Source: Raillietiella orientalis (taxonomy: Eukaryota). From it: 64,000 nt of DNA. The DNA is taken from NCBI GenBank assembly GCA_036172245.1, contig JAYWIR010000104.1, positions 62,001 to 126,000 of the forward strand, in the 5' to 3' direction. Below are positions 23,112 to 35,440 of this stretch, in pieces; within the stretch, counting starts at the first letter, position 1; every line of letters begins with the position of its first letter. The notes beneath the pieces were generated by a model, which saw only the letters and a program-made list of their open reading frames with translations, was not told the origin of the DNA and did not search any database. The translations under genes and the position numbers were made by a program.

Positions 23112-24402
23112 AATATTGACAATGTGGCAATCACTACAAGTATGTCCAATACATCAATCATGCTGAGGTTCATAGAGTAGCAAGGCAAGTTATAGGTAAT
23201 GATTGCTTCATAATTTCATGTTATTTCAAGGAAGTCATTTCATTTCTAAAACTGTACTTGGCATTTCTGATTTTTTCAATAGATTATTTGTTGTTTATTT
23301 CAAAAAGGGGTAAATGGTAATCTACTGTTCCATTGTCGTAGAGGAATTTGAACATTGGAAAAAAATGAACGTTAGGACGAAGCACCATGCATAACGGACG
23401 TATAATTGGGTGTTGCGCAGCTGTGGTACATTCCGACATTTTTTTTCCCTTTGAACTAAGCATTCTGTACGTTTTGGGCAGTCCTATTTCCATTTTGCTT
23501 TAGGAGAAATCGTAAGCAGTAACACCATTGAGTGTTGTGAGTCGCATTCTGGGCTTCGGTGCATCGTAACCGACACGGTTTTCGAAATTCCTTATGACAT
23601 TGGCACCGAGGTGTTTCTCCCTCGCATTACCATCCACCCATACACTCTGTCGTCATCCAAACGTTGCTAGCAGTTTTTGCCGCACCATATGTTATCAAGC
23701 TGGGTATACAGATAGTCCTGAATGCCCATAGATGTTGGATGTCTCACCTGAGCTCAGCAGACGAAGAGGTGACCAAAAGTGATTTGACGAGTTACCGCAA
23801 TTGCATACTGCAGAAGAGAAGCTCACGGAAATCCATGCCCCAAAACGCGAAGGATAGTTCGCCGTGGATGTGATACCGAAATGTGCAGTGTATAATTGAT
23901 TGCCCTATATTCAGTTCTTTACAAAGACAAAAACATTCATGGATGTCCATGCGGACGCTCACGAGGACTCGGAAACGGAGACTCGTGATTTTAATGCTAC
24001 AGCCCAAAGACTTGCTGAGGCTATGCGGGTAGCACATTCTCGTATGCATGTGTGATTGGGTGTTCAAGTGAATGTGAAGTAACTTGTTTTGGAAATGCGG
24101 AAAGGCTGCCGACGGTCGGATTCTGGAAATCTGTCCCGACGTCTTCTTCACCAATTCCAATGTCTTCTGATGCATTTTCTTGATTCCGAGGAGCACATTC
24201 TTGTGTCACAGATTGCCAGTTGATCCACACTTGTAAATTTGGGATGAAATTCTTGCAGGTGGGTCGGATCAAAGAATGGAGGCGTTTTGGTTTCTGAGTG
24301 GCATGAAGAACACACAGGACTTACGCCATATTGAAGAGGCGGAGGACACGAAAACCTGTCCAGAACAAGTTGATGTTTCCATCCAGTTGGTTAGTAAGCA
24401 AG
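23112..24402 (+). repeat. Duplicated block B1 beginning with a remnant of the ANK-PRANC 3' end (NIDNVAITTSMSNTS)
   Basis: Collinear with 784-2076. The first ~170 bp also match the 3' end and flank of the minus-strand ANK copy (cttggcatttctgatttt). Confidence 0.92.
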
Positions 24403-24433
24403 CGTACCACTCAGATTATGAGAATCGATGGAA

Positions 24434-24654
24434 GGGAGCGGGGTTTCTTCGTGTATTAAATGAACACGAACGTGTCCTCCTGTTCCAAGCTTCGTCCTGG
24501 CAAAATGAAACGCCATGACGTCGTGTGGACGCTGTACCCCGATCTCCTGTTCAACGAGATGAAGGAGCTGTCTGAAGGAGGAGTGCATTTGGAGCACCTC
24601 CTGCAGATGCGTCTGATGCGAGCTGTGGAACGTGTCAAGGTCCACCTTTCGCCT
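24434..24654 (+). repeat. Duplicated block B2; paralog of 2545-2761
   Basis: Direct sequence match (gtggacgctgtaccc.gatctcct.ttcaa...gaaggagctgtc.gaaggaggagt). Confidence 0.9.
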
Positions 24655-27600
24655 CTCATCTGTAACTTTCCATTACTTCCAACTAGTCTTTAATATACTC
24701 GGAATGTACCGTTGGCAAATTTACCTTTAAAGGATGGGTGGAAGCGTTCAATCTTATTTTGTTGCTTACAAAACTTTCCTAGAGAATGCGTCCAAATGAA
24801 GACGTCAAGACAGACAGACATCATTGCATCTTGTATGTAATCAAAGCGTTTGCCTCTTTCCTTCTTCTTCTTTTTTGAGCAGAAGTGATGGAACATGAGA
24901 TTCTTTGTAAGGTGTGAGAGTACAGGAGAATGATTTCTCCTGCCCGGATACCCTGGAAACCGTTACTATGGCTTCTTCCACAACGCGTAGGTTTCCCTTC
25001 TGATTCGTGTCATCTGCTGATATGATACAAAGGGGATCTCAAAAATGGAAACTAAGTCTCGCCTGATGAAAGCGTGCTTTTGAAACGTGCCCGAGTCCAA
25101 GATCGAGTCAGCATCTGTCATCGCAAGCACGAAGGAAACGCGCGGTTATTTTCGAGACTCCTTTGCACTCGAAGAGATTTTCAACATGAATTCACATGAA
25201 GAAAGAGATTTTTGTGGCGAGCAGCAAAACTATTTGTGCACTCCGATATCAGCCATCTTATGCTATTTCATGATTTACAGCTTTGCCTGTGAAGCGGGAA
25301 ATCTGAGTAAGAGCAAACACGCCGAACTTCGACTGCTAAATGAAGTGGCGGGAGGTGGACGAAAAAAAAAAACATATTCGAAGCTGAAGAGAGTTTCGTT
25401 TTTTTTTTTTTTTTACACCGTGTTGTGTTTTGTTTCTTCCTCGCTGTTACGTAATCTATCGAGTAGGTCATCATGGAGGGCCCTGCCACTATACCCCACT
25501 GGCCATTCAGCTCTACCAGCATTGGACTTTCGAAAGAAAAAGAATCGAACGGACACCCCATCAGCGTTAAGAAATGGCTTCGTCAGTGTTCATCCTTATG
25601 GAGTGCTCGTTAAAAAAAATCACCGCCTGTAGGCAAAATCCATCGGAAGCACGTTCCCGCATAAGAGATGGCGAAGATGGAGTGTCACGGAATGCTGAGA
25701 ATATCGATGCTGCTCTCTCATTGCAACCCTTTGTAATCATGCGCAGTCATCCATAGTCCCTCAGGAATGGAACGGGCACTCCAGATCAGGTTCCTCAACC
25801 CTTTTACAACATGCAGATTACGTGCCTGTCGACGATCCTTTGCGTTGCGGTTGTTTCATTCTCTTTCGGTGAATGGCAGGGCGCCTGGGTCGACCCGAAG
25901 GGCAAACTCGGTCAGGAGACAACAGGGTCGCCGTTACAAACGGAGCGCTTTTTCGGTCGTCTCGAAGCAGAGTTCATTTTCCGCTTTCAGCATTCTGTGG
26001 TCGATTTGTTGTCGTCTGGAGGAACAAAAAAAATCGACGTACCAAAAATGAGTGGTTGGATCCGCACACTCCTTCCTCGGAGACTTTCGCAGAAACTCTG
26101 CAGTTTTCATTGTCTCATGTGAAGGGATCCGACGGGTACAGTTCTATGTACGATCCACGAGGCTTCAAGAACTTCATCCATTCTTCTGTTAGTTTGAAGA
26201 GAAAGGGGTTGAAATCTTGAGGATTATGAAAGAAAAGTGGTTTTCGCGTGGACTCCAATGCATAGCTCGAAACAGTGCGTTAAAGAAAGTATCGCCCTGA
26301 AGAAGAAACGAGCTGGCAGATGACAAGATTCAATTTGTCATTCTTCCTCCGGCTATGACTAGATACAGATACTTCTTGTACTCAGTATAAATACAATCGA
26401 AATGATTTTCGTTGGAAAAATAAACCAGAAGAACATGCAAGTGATGACTTCATTGTATCTTCCCTCCAGTCATTATTAATTCAGCTGACTTCATCCGTAA
26501 ACATCTATCTGAAAAGAGGGAAAAGAGGTGAAAGAAAGGGTCAGTTCCAGCCGAATTTTTCCAACCGTTCATGTTAGTGTAGAATGGGCTTCACGGATTT
26601 CCGCGAAAGTCCATCCAAGCATTTCTGAAGAAATAATTATTGCGCTGAATTACCAGTAGGATACTATTGAATTCATGTGAGCCAAAAAGGGCTTTGGCAT
26701 CTACTTGGCATATTAGGCAAAATGTTCACCGTGTCCCGCAAACAAACGCCTTTATAACAGTGAGCAAAACTGCAACCATGGAATTTTCCAAGAAACTGAA
26801 AAATTCGTTTCATGGGCGCTTCTTTTCGAAAGAACCCACTCCATCCTGTCTTTGACGTCACTTCCAGGAAGAACGCGCTGCTAGCTGTCCTCTATCCTCC
26901 CCTCGGAAACTGTGCGAAAGAATATTGTGGGAAGCATGAGACTTTCCCGGCATAACAGTCCTTGTTCTGATGTGGATGATGCGCAGGGAATTTCTCCCAA
27001 ACATCCGGAAAACATTACACCTGGATGGCAAGTCGTCTGCTGCCAAGCCCGCTGCTTTTGAATTTCCTCAATTTCTTCCTTCCAAATGACCTGCATTCCT
27101 ATACATAAGCGAACAAACATGGCTGCATACTCAGGAAGCGGGAACTTGGGTTTCGTTTGCCGAATCGAGACTTCAGATCCATCGTCGCCTCACTGTCTCT
27201 TCGAAAATTGCTCTGAAATCTGAAGACTGGATTTTTTGTTTTTTAAAAAAAAATGCTGTTCTTTACGGATGCATTTCAAGTAGGACGTCTTGGAACGTCC
27301 TACATTTGGGACGTCCATTGTCGTTTCTGATACCTCTGACACACATTTGTGAAAGTTTCCATAATCTCATAGAATTGTGGTGAGAATAGAATTGCTTTTT
27401 CTGAAAAACACACCCAGACACAAACCATAAAGTGACGCACGCTTTTTTCACACCATCGATGCATGCAGACACCGGGATTTCCTTCGCTTCCCTCCGCCGT
27501 TTTCGACTCTTCCACCAGAATGCCTACAACGGAGACCTTCCTTCCACTGTCCGAACAAGACGGGACGTATGTGCAGCAAACACGCCAGCGTTTCCATCTA

Positions 27601-29092
27601 CACTTCGCGCGAACACCTGGAGACTCCGTTTTCCTCACGTGGATTCCAGATCACAACACTGTAGTGGATGGCGACTTTCGCCACGTGCACTCGGCGCTCT
27701 GGACGTGAGGAACACTCCAGAAGAACGTGGTCAGGTCGTAGATGGCATCACCCGTCTTGACAGGTCTTCAATGAACTCTAGCCGTGTTGATGCATTACTA
27801 TTCGTCAGCATCATCATCTTCCTCATATGTTATTGCTCCTTTTCACGGGATTGCTCGTTTTTCCCTTTTTTGCCTTTATATTCGTGTCGTACGTATGACG
27901 CATACCGTTGTGTGAGGAGCAAAAAATACATGATCACATACATGTGGAGATTTTTTTCCCCTCTGTGTATAGCCATACCTAATAATCGCGTGCCGTCCCT
28001 ATGACGTCACAGCTGTGCTGATAGGCTTTACAGCGCGGAAGGGAAAGCTCTTCTATCGCCATCCGCGCAAATGAATCTTTCGAAGTCGCTGGAGAAGATT
28101 CTCATTCTGAAGAGAAGGAAAAGCCGAAACCCGTGGTTTCGTGCTGCTGCTGCGTACCCGTGTCGCTCCTGAGGGGTGCACTACGCACTGTACGGGCTCA
28201 GAAGGCGCACGCGCTTTCCCTCTTTCGCGAGTCCCCGCTTCCAGGTCTCTCCAGAGAAAAAGCGAGATTTTTTCTCTCCTCCTCGGTCAAGTGCGGAACG
28301 CGACGTACACGTACCATCCTCGCGCACGATTCGGAAGCTCCGTCGCTTCGAATTTCCGCGCTGCAAAGAACGCGGTAGCTGGATGATTGTTCTTCCTTTT
28401 TTCTGGAGACGAGGCCTGTCCGTCTACAAGCACGCCGCACTGCGCAGGCTCCTGGACACGATTGGGATCGATCTCCATGGAGAGGGCCTTCCTTTCGCGA
28501 GTGGCATGTGGGTCCTGCGAAATTGTCCGATCGTCGGGCCCCAAACCAATTGTGCGGGAACCATCCGACCCCCAAATCTGAGCCGAGTGTGAAGTGAGGA
28601 GCCACTCTTGAAAGTCTCGGACGCGACTTCTTACCGCCATGCCACCGGGTGACTCGTAATCTCGACGCGTTGAACGTCTTTTCTCTCCCACTCCCTCCCG
28701 ATCCTCCACCCTTCTTCCCACCTTTAGCTTTTTCTTGTTTTCCCGATCCGCGAAAAAAGGTTATGGTGCCACCCTCCTTCAGCCACCACCTCGCGTCCGG
28801 CTTCGGCGACTGGCTCGCAACTGGAGAGACGACCGACTGCTCTTTGTTACGGTCCCCACCCCACTAGACCCCCACCCCCGCCCCCGATATGCACCTCGTT
28901 GGAAGTGACAAGAACAGGAAGCTGCTGCTATACCTCATCTTCGGAGCGATCTACCTGATCGGGCTGCTAGTCACTGTCGAGAGACTCGCGTCGCAGAACG
29001 CGAGCTGAAGTCGGCTTCGGAGAGGCCTGAGGTCCCTGCGCCTGATCCAGTCGGGAGCGCGCTTCGGTGCAGGATTGGTAAACACCCTGTCC

Positions 29093-30040
29093 TCACGCCG
29101 GATAGTTTATTTATGATAAAATTCAGATACACGTCTATGACGGGACATTGGGTTCTGCAACGTAACGTGTAACCACGAGGGGGAACCGGCCGGAAGCTGA
29201 TGCGCAGGTCGGCGGGCTTCGCCTCGGCAGCACAGGGGAAGGGGAGACAAACCAAAGGAAGAATAAAACAGAAAGCATACAGTGAGAAAAATGAAGAAGG
29301 GATTCGGAAAGCGATCACTGTGTTCTGGAGGGTGTCCTCTGCATCCTCGTACGGATGCCTGCAAGTTCCTGTTTCGGGACTCCCAGGAGCGATCAGTTTG
29401 ACGCTGTCCTCATCCAGAGTGCAGTTGAATAGATGGCGTCCCTGTTGTCCTGGCCACCTCAGGCGTTGCTCTGTGATCCCGCGTAGGCAGCAAAGTGCTT
29501 CTGGGGATGCGGCCGGTGTGAGAGCGGCGGTCAGGAAGAGGCCCTCTACAGCGTCTCTAGCGTTGCCGCCGGGAGATCCTTGGGTGAAGCGAAGCGCCTC
29601 CAAAGGGGCCGCAGGGCAACTCTTCCTATAGGAGCTGGGGAAAGGATTCCCTCTCCTCGCACCTTTTACAGTGTGGGTCCACACACAACTGTGTCCGATG
29701 ATGTCGGCGGGCGTTGCCCGGGAGACCTAAGTGCAGCAGCAGCCGCGCCGAATGATGACACTTTAGTGCGGGAATTCATGAGCGCCGGGGGCCACTACAG
29801 GTCTACCTCCGGAATACCTAGTAGCACGCCCCGGTGCAAGAGTCCGAGGTCCTTTCGAGCGACCGCGGACCCAGCGTTTGTGAGCAGTTCCGTTATCCAT
29901 TCGCCCCGCCCTTTCCTTGTTCCGGTGGTTTGCACAGTAACTTAGCTAGACGTGAGGCTGCTGTCTATATTCTTCCTAACAGAGAGCGGCTTGCGACGAG
30001 AAAGGCTCTGCTAGTCAAAGCATTCTTCGCGAGGTCATCT
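29093..30040 (-). mobile_element. Tx1-like ORF2 C-terminal fragment + 3' UTR
   Basis: The minus strand gives GVLLGIPEVDL*WPP, LLLHLGL, HCKRCERRESFPQLL and ALCCLRGI. Terminal AATAAACTATCCGGCGTGA at 29111-29093. Confidence 0.82.
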
Positions 30041-30049
30041 AGGTTCTCT

Positions 30050-30360
30050 CTGAATTAGGATTCGCCACTTCTCCAGAGAGTCCAGAGAAGTGACTGGATC
30101 CCTTCCGGGAAGCAGCGCTCTTCTGGATAAGTGCATAAGCGCTCAAGCGGGGTTCTCTTCAGATAAGGAGGAAACGGGACCAGTTCCTTTGTGGGTCTGC
30201 TACGGAGGAGAAATTTACTAGCTGATCTTCCCCCGTTTCCCTTCGGAGAAGACAAAAGGGGTGCGGACCCCTCGGAGGTCCCTCCAGAGAGAATTAGGGA
30301 GTGGATTCCCTTGAGGGTTCATTTCAGAGTCAACCAGGGAGGAGGCGATTTCCATTCCCC
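30050..30360 (-). repeat. Second copy of the unclassified hairpin-rich module, directly upstream of the Tx1-like 3' fragment
   Basis: The reverse complement aligns by eye with ~13990-14260. Confidence 0.72.
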
Positions 30361-30659
30361 GGTTATCCCCGTTAAAGTGTGACAGGTACGGACAAAGAAC
30401 CTTCACCGGATTCATCTGGCGGACACCCTTTATGAATGTTGAATGTTAATGTGTAAGGACTCCGTGGTGTAAAACTTTATCGTGCAAAGGAAGCTACGAC
30501 CCGTGTCAACTTGCAAACTCGGAGGAGGTCAATGTTTTTCATTTCGGAGGAATTTTCGAGTAATAGAACTAGAGAAGTCTTCCAGCATCTTGGAAATTGA
30601 CACTAAACCAACTCAATGATGATCTGTAAAATGTGCAGGTAAAAAAAAAAGAAAAAAAG

Positions 30660-31050
30660 ATGCACAGCGTAGGAAGAGCTCCGCAGGCAGGCCGTCTTCC
30701 TTGGGCGCTCAGCGCCTCTTGGGCTTCCCTATCGCGGTGATGATCTCACCGGCCGAGAATGGCTCGTCCAGGCTTCTCCTACGCTCCTCACGATCTTCGA
30801 AGCACCATTCGGGAGAGAAATACCGCTCGGAAGGTGTTCTCGCGTACAGAGTGGAGAAGAACTTGCGTAGCATAACTTTTACCTGCGCGAGAACCGAGTG
30901 TACTCGGCCCTCGTCTCGCAGCAAGCTAGCAGAGTGCCTGTCTTGCTTCTCGGTTCCTGCTTTGTACTCCGCCAGTTCTCGGATGTCGGATGCTTCGCTG
31001 TGACCGCGGGTCCGCAGGTGCGTTCTCTCGTTACGGACACCTTCTCCATA
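30660..31050 (-). mobile_element. Tx1-like ORF2 linker/RT-0 fragment
   Basis: SDIRELAEYKAGTEKQ...FFSTLYAR...LDEPFSAGEIITAIGKPKRR*APKEDGLPAELF, homologous to 8100-8445. Confidence 0.85.
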
Positions 31051-32000
31051 CCTGGCGTCGAGTGTATGTGTTTTTGTCGCTCTCCGTCGGCGATCGTCGG
31101 GTGACTCCCTTTCGTGCGTGTTTTGCTGTGGTGCATCGTCGGAGTTTTATCGCAGCCATGCCTGAGGATACCAAGATGGAGGTAAGCGTGGAAGAGGCAG
31201 GTTTCTCTCCCCAACCTACGGAGTTGAGGCAATTGCTCGCACGGAAACATCCGCGCCAACGACAAGGACTTGCATCGTCGAGACAGCTGAACCCACTGCA
31301 GCAGCCATACCAGAACAGAATGCGCAAAAGGTCAGTGGCTATAAGTCTTCCTCAATATGTAAGATAAGTTGCCTTCCGGGGGTAACACTGCACGTTCCTG
31401 ATCGAAGGTGCTTCAGAGGCTCAAGATTCGTGAGGAAGAGCTTGAAGATTCTTCCATCGTGAGCGGAGGGCAGAGCGTGGAGCTGACTTGCAAGGACGCA
31501 AGTCTAGCCCGGAGACGGCAAAATACCCCCCTTACTGTGGAAGGACGCAGGAGCTGTCCTGCGACGGAGGACCGCTCGTATGTGGATCACCGCACAGAAA
31601 TTACAGTCCTCACGCAGAAAACTGCAGTGCATGCGGAGCTGCATGAGAAATATTGCAGTGTACACGCGCTATGATCCAATCCCATTATATTTGAGTGTTG
31701 CGGAAAGCTTTTCAGTGGGATGGTCGCAGCGCGTGTCGAGTGCACGAGTCTGTGCAAGAGTGCACGAGAACGGTGGGTTTCCCCACAAACGTTAGATCCG
31801 CAACGATGTTTAGTGCACGGGGAAGTGCAATGACTGTGGTCGCTGTGATGTCGCGGGGCACCTGAAAAAGCGGTGCCCCAGTGTTTAGTGTTAATTGTGT
31901 TGTGAGAACTGGCATTCCGGAAGAGCATGCCTGGATGCGCCACTTCGTCTCCGCCTGCAGCGCAGAAAGCTCTCGGGAATTGTGCAGGAAAAGAAAAACT
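31050..32000 (+). mobile_element. Tx1-like 5' UTR + degraded ORF1
   Basis: Decayed DPE-like gtatgtgttttt at 31064 and ATG at 31158 (MPEDTKMEVSVEE). IREEELEDSSIVSGGQSVELTCKDASLARR matches VQKEELCAMSIRSGGQYVEVICKQADLAQR. Knuckle CGRCDVAGHLKKRC at ~31833-31877. Confidence 0.8.
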
Positions 32001-34849
32001 GAAGAGAGAGAAAAAAGAAGGGTGAAACCTGAAGCCACAACCCCAACCAACCCAGCAAATGTCGGATGAAGATCGGGACGATGATCTAAACGTTCTCGGT
32101 CTGCCTGTCTCCCTGGCTCAAAAACAGCTCGGACTCCAGCTGCCCACTTCGACTTCGCAAAAGCTCTGTTCTCCCGTCTCCTGGGTCTCTTGCGGACACA
32201 CGTTGTCCTCACTCTCGATGGTGACCATTCTTTCGCGTTTCGTTCCAATTTCCGAGCTTTCGATCGCAACAGTTGCTTTTTTATGAACCCACCCTCCCTG
32301 CTATGCCCACTTTCAGCAGAGTGCTCGTTCACTGCATGGGAACGGAGCTTCTGGTTAAATGGACAACATTTGCCTTCTTTTTGAATCTCGACCATTCATG
32401 AAGACATCCAGTGGAATAGCTATAAAGCAGAGAATGGCTTCGTTATTGTGAAAAAAAAATCCAATTCTTCTTGCTCCTCTTGTCCCACCTTCAGGTTGTC
32501 ATTAGGAATGCACTCATCCAGGTAGTTATTTTTCATTCCAGTTGAACTTTTCATAACCTCACTTCGCATCCCTTCCTTTCGAAAGGCTATTCACCTATCT
32601 TCTCCTTTTCAGAACAAGCATTTCTTTCTGCCTTCTGCTTCGAACAAATCTCTGCGAGGATGCATTTCTTTTCGAGAGGGCCTCTCAAACGATACACTTT
32701 CTTGGCATCTCTGAACTGGTCATCGAATTTCAACTCCCTTTTACGGGAAATCAGTGCCCACCTTTGCAATGTGTTCTCTTCAAAAGTGCAGACCAATAAC
32801 ATGTAAAGGAATATGCAAGCTGGGAAGAGATGGCGATAAACGTAACTGGACTGATCCAGAGGGAAATGTTTCCATACTCCGCAAAAATCCTGCAGTACTC
32901 GCCTTGCTGCCATCTGCTTCCGCTCCTAATCAGCCGCATTATCACCAATTAGGAGTGATGCAGCAAGCTGGAAAAAAGACCAGTGAAAACTTCCCTGGAA
33001 GCTCGAGACGGACAACGAAAACTTTTCTGCACGAGTGATTGAATAAAACAGGAGTTTCATTCGCTGTTCTTTAAGATATCTCTTTCTCTTGCTTTTATAA
33101 TGTTAAACATGGAAGCTGAAAAATAAAACAAATGGAGCAAAACAGCATAAATAAGAGCTTGCCAACTGAAGCTCACGAGGCTAGTCAGAACCTGGGTCTG
33201 TAGAAAGGCTATGACTACCAAGGATGAAGTGAGTGTGCTGCTGAAGCTTTCGAAAACCTCGGATTCTCCATCATAGTGAATGGTGCCCTTCCTATGAGAA
33301 GGAAGCCACGAGACGACGTAATTCTGCCATGAAGCAAAGGCTTCCTTGAAATTTTTAATAGGCACGGAGACGAGAACAGAAAGAAACAGGAGCATTGGGG
33401 AAGTTGTTGGTAACCCTCAGCGTAGTCCTTGCCAATCCTTGCTGGTGATTTTTGAAGAAGCAAATATGGCTACCACGGACATTGAGAATTGTTTCAAAAG
33501 GAAAGGTCACACGGAAGCTTTGTCCACAACAGGAAAAGTGCATCCATTCAGTAATTCTAGGATTTTTAATTCACAACATGGAATCACATACTGTGATTAC
33601 ATTTTCCGCTTCGTGAGCAACTGACCATGAAAGATGCCATGTGGAAGATTAATTACTCTTCATCTGAGAGAGCATTGAAGATTATTGTGGAGTTTCCATT
33701 CAAAGAAATTGAAGAACGAGTGCTTCCCTTGTGAAATCTTGCTAGGAAATGAAGCTTGATGAAGACGTGTTCTCACAGGAGTTCTGCTTCTTCATCGGTT
33801 GCTCGCATTGCCGTCACTGAACATATGAAGCAGACGCCTTATAGCACATTTTTCTCTACACAGCAACAGCTTGAATTCAACTCCTAATGTCAATTTGAGT
33901 TCATACCGCCTTTCGAGTTCTTAGAGGTTCTTCCAGTCAGTTTGGATAATTTTCCCAAAAGTTTTGCTGTCGCTTCAGTTTCGCTTTTGCTTTCTTTCCA
34001 GAAATGGGCAGAACATCACTCACTTTTTATGGAACAGTTGAAATCACGATGAGGAAGACAACCAATTCTAGGAAACATTGAAAATCGAAACTGTATCTTC
34101 ATTCTTATAGAATGAGAGACAGAGATGCGTTTGAGAAGGGAAGGATGGCATGTGGTTCTTCATCGATTAGCTGGACTTACATCACACCTCCCTGCTGTGA
34201 TCGATGTCACTCAAACATCAGCTGAACCCACGGGCGTGCAGAAGCAGTGGGCACATGGACTCCACCAAAGTTGCGTACACAAGAAAAACAGCAGACGCTT
34301 TCGGTGAGGATGCTGCTGTTGCGGGAAGCGAATGGAATCCTCGAGTTGTCAAACTGCCCAATTCTCATATCCGCAAATCGCACTATTCACCCGTCGAAGA
34401 TTTGGGACGAGGTCACTTTGTGAGAACGACTGGTGGTCAGAGAGATGCGTCCAGGTGGACAGCGCAAAAGCCTTTCAATGAAAAACCTTTCCGATGTTTC
34501 CGAATCCAAAACAAAGGATGAAATCCGCGGCAGATGTGTATGTAAAGTCTTCACGCTGTTTCCTCGCTCCACCCAAATAACGAGATGAAAATTGTGTCTA
34601 GAAAATGCTCTCATCGACACATTTTTTTCAGAATAAAAAATTGCTTTTTGAATCCATTCTGACGGTTGCTGGCCGATGGAAACACGGAACGACACAAACT
34701 CACATACCGATCCAGGATCAAAGTTGGGGAGGGAGGGTACCGACTTTACACACCGCTCCCCTTGGCACGCAGAGGGCAACTCGGTATTTCGGGGGTGGAA
34801 GGAAGGGCAACACTGTTCTGCATCCAGGAGCGCCCTCGGGGCGAAGGGT

Positions 34850-35270
34850 GGCTCCCGGGGCGATCCCCGTTTGCGCCGGTATAGGGCGGAGACGATGTTC
34901 CTGTCCAGGTTAGCTGGCCTCCCGCGAAAACGGATCTCTGTCGTTAGGCAACGGAATTCGTTGCGGAGCAGATACGCTGCTGCCGACGTGACGTCACTCA
35001 AGCTCCCTAGTGCAGTGAGGAGAGTCTCAAGCCGTGCATGGGTCAAGTTCCTGCCTGTGCTCGGCAAAGTGATACACAAAAAGACGTGCGGACTATCGGA
35101 AACATTCTTCTCTCCAATCAGGATGCTGCATTTCTTGTGTTCCTTCGAAGTCACCCGAAATGATTTGGAATCCCGTTTGTTTTGGAATTGCTTCTTCCTT
35201 GCTCCGTAAATGCGCAGCTTGGTCGTCAGGGAAAACGCTAAGCGCTGGGAACGCAGCTCGTCGGACGCCA
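34850..35270 (-). mobile_element. Possible ORF1 (RRM-like) remnant of another non-LTR family
   Basis: ITLPSTGRNLTHARLETLLTALGSLSDVT resembles the ORF1 RRM helix pattern (..L.AL..xG.V..V) seen in other ORF1s here. Weak. Confidence 0.35.
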
Positions 35271-35275
35271 CATCC

Positions 35276-35440
35276 CCTAAGGGAGGAGACCTTAGGAGCA
35301 CGAACAACTGGCGTCCCATCACAATAGTGAATGCGGAAGCCAAGTTGATAGCTAAGGTTTGGGCAGAGCACCTGGGACGGGTTGCAAATGCTTTCATCAG
35401 CCCGGAACAGACATATGCTTTTCCCGGGCGAAGACCCTGC
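35276..35440 (+). mobile_element. Short Tx1-like RT fragment
   Basis: PKGGDLRSTNNWRPITIVNAEAKLIAKVWAEHL...ISPEQTYAFPGR. Confidence 0.85.

Noticed and set aside
26280..27480. piggyBac-like remnants (VILPP; Cys-rich stretch at 27.3-27.5 kb; also the acidic stretch at 3.1-3.4 kb)
   Set aside because: No DDD-domain motifs or TTAA-flanked TIRs identified; too weak to call.
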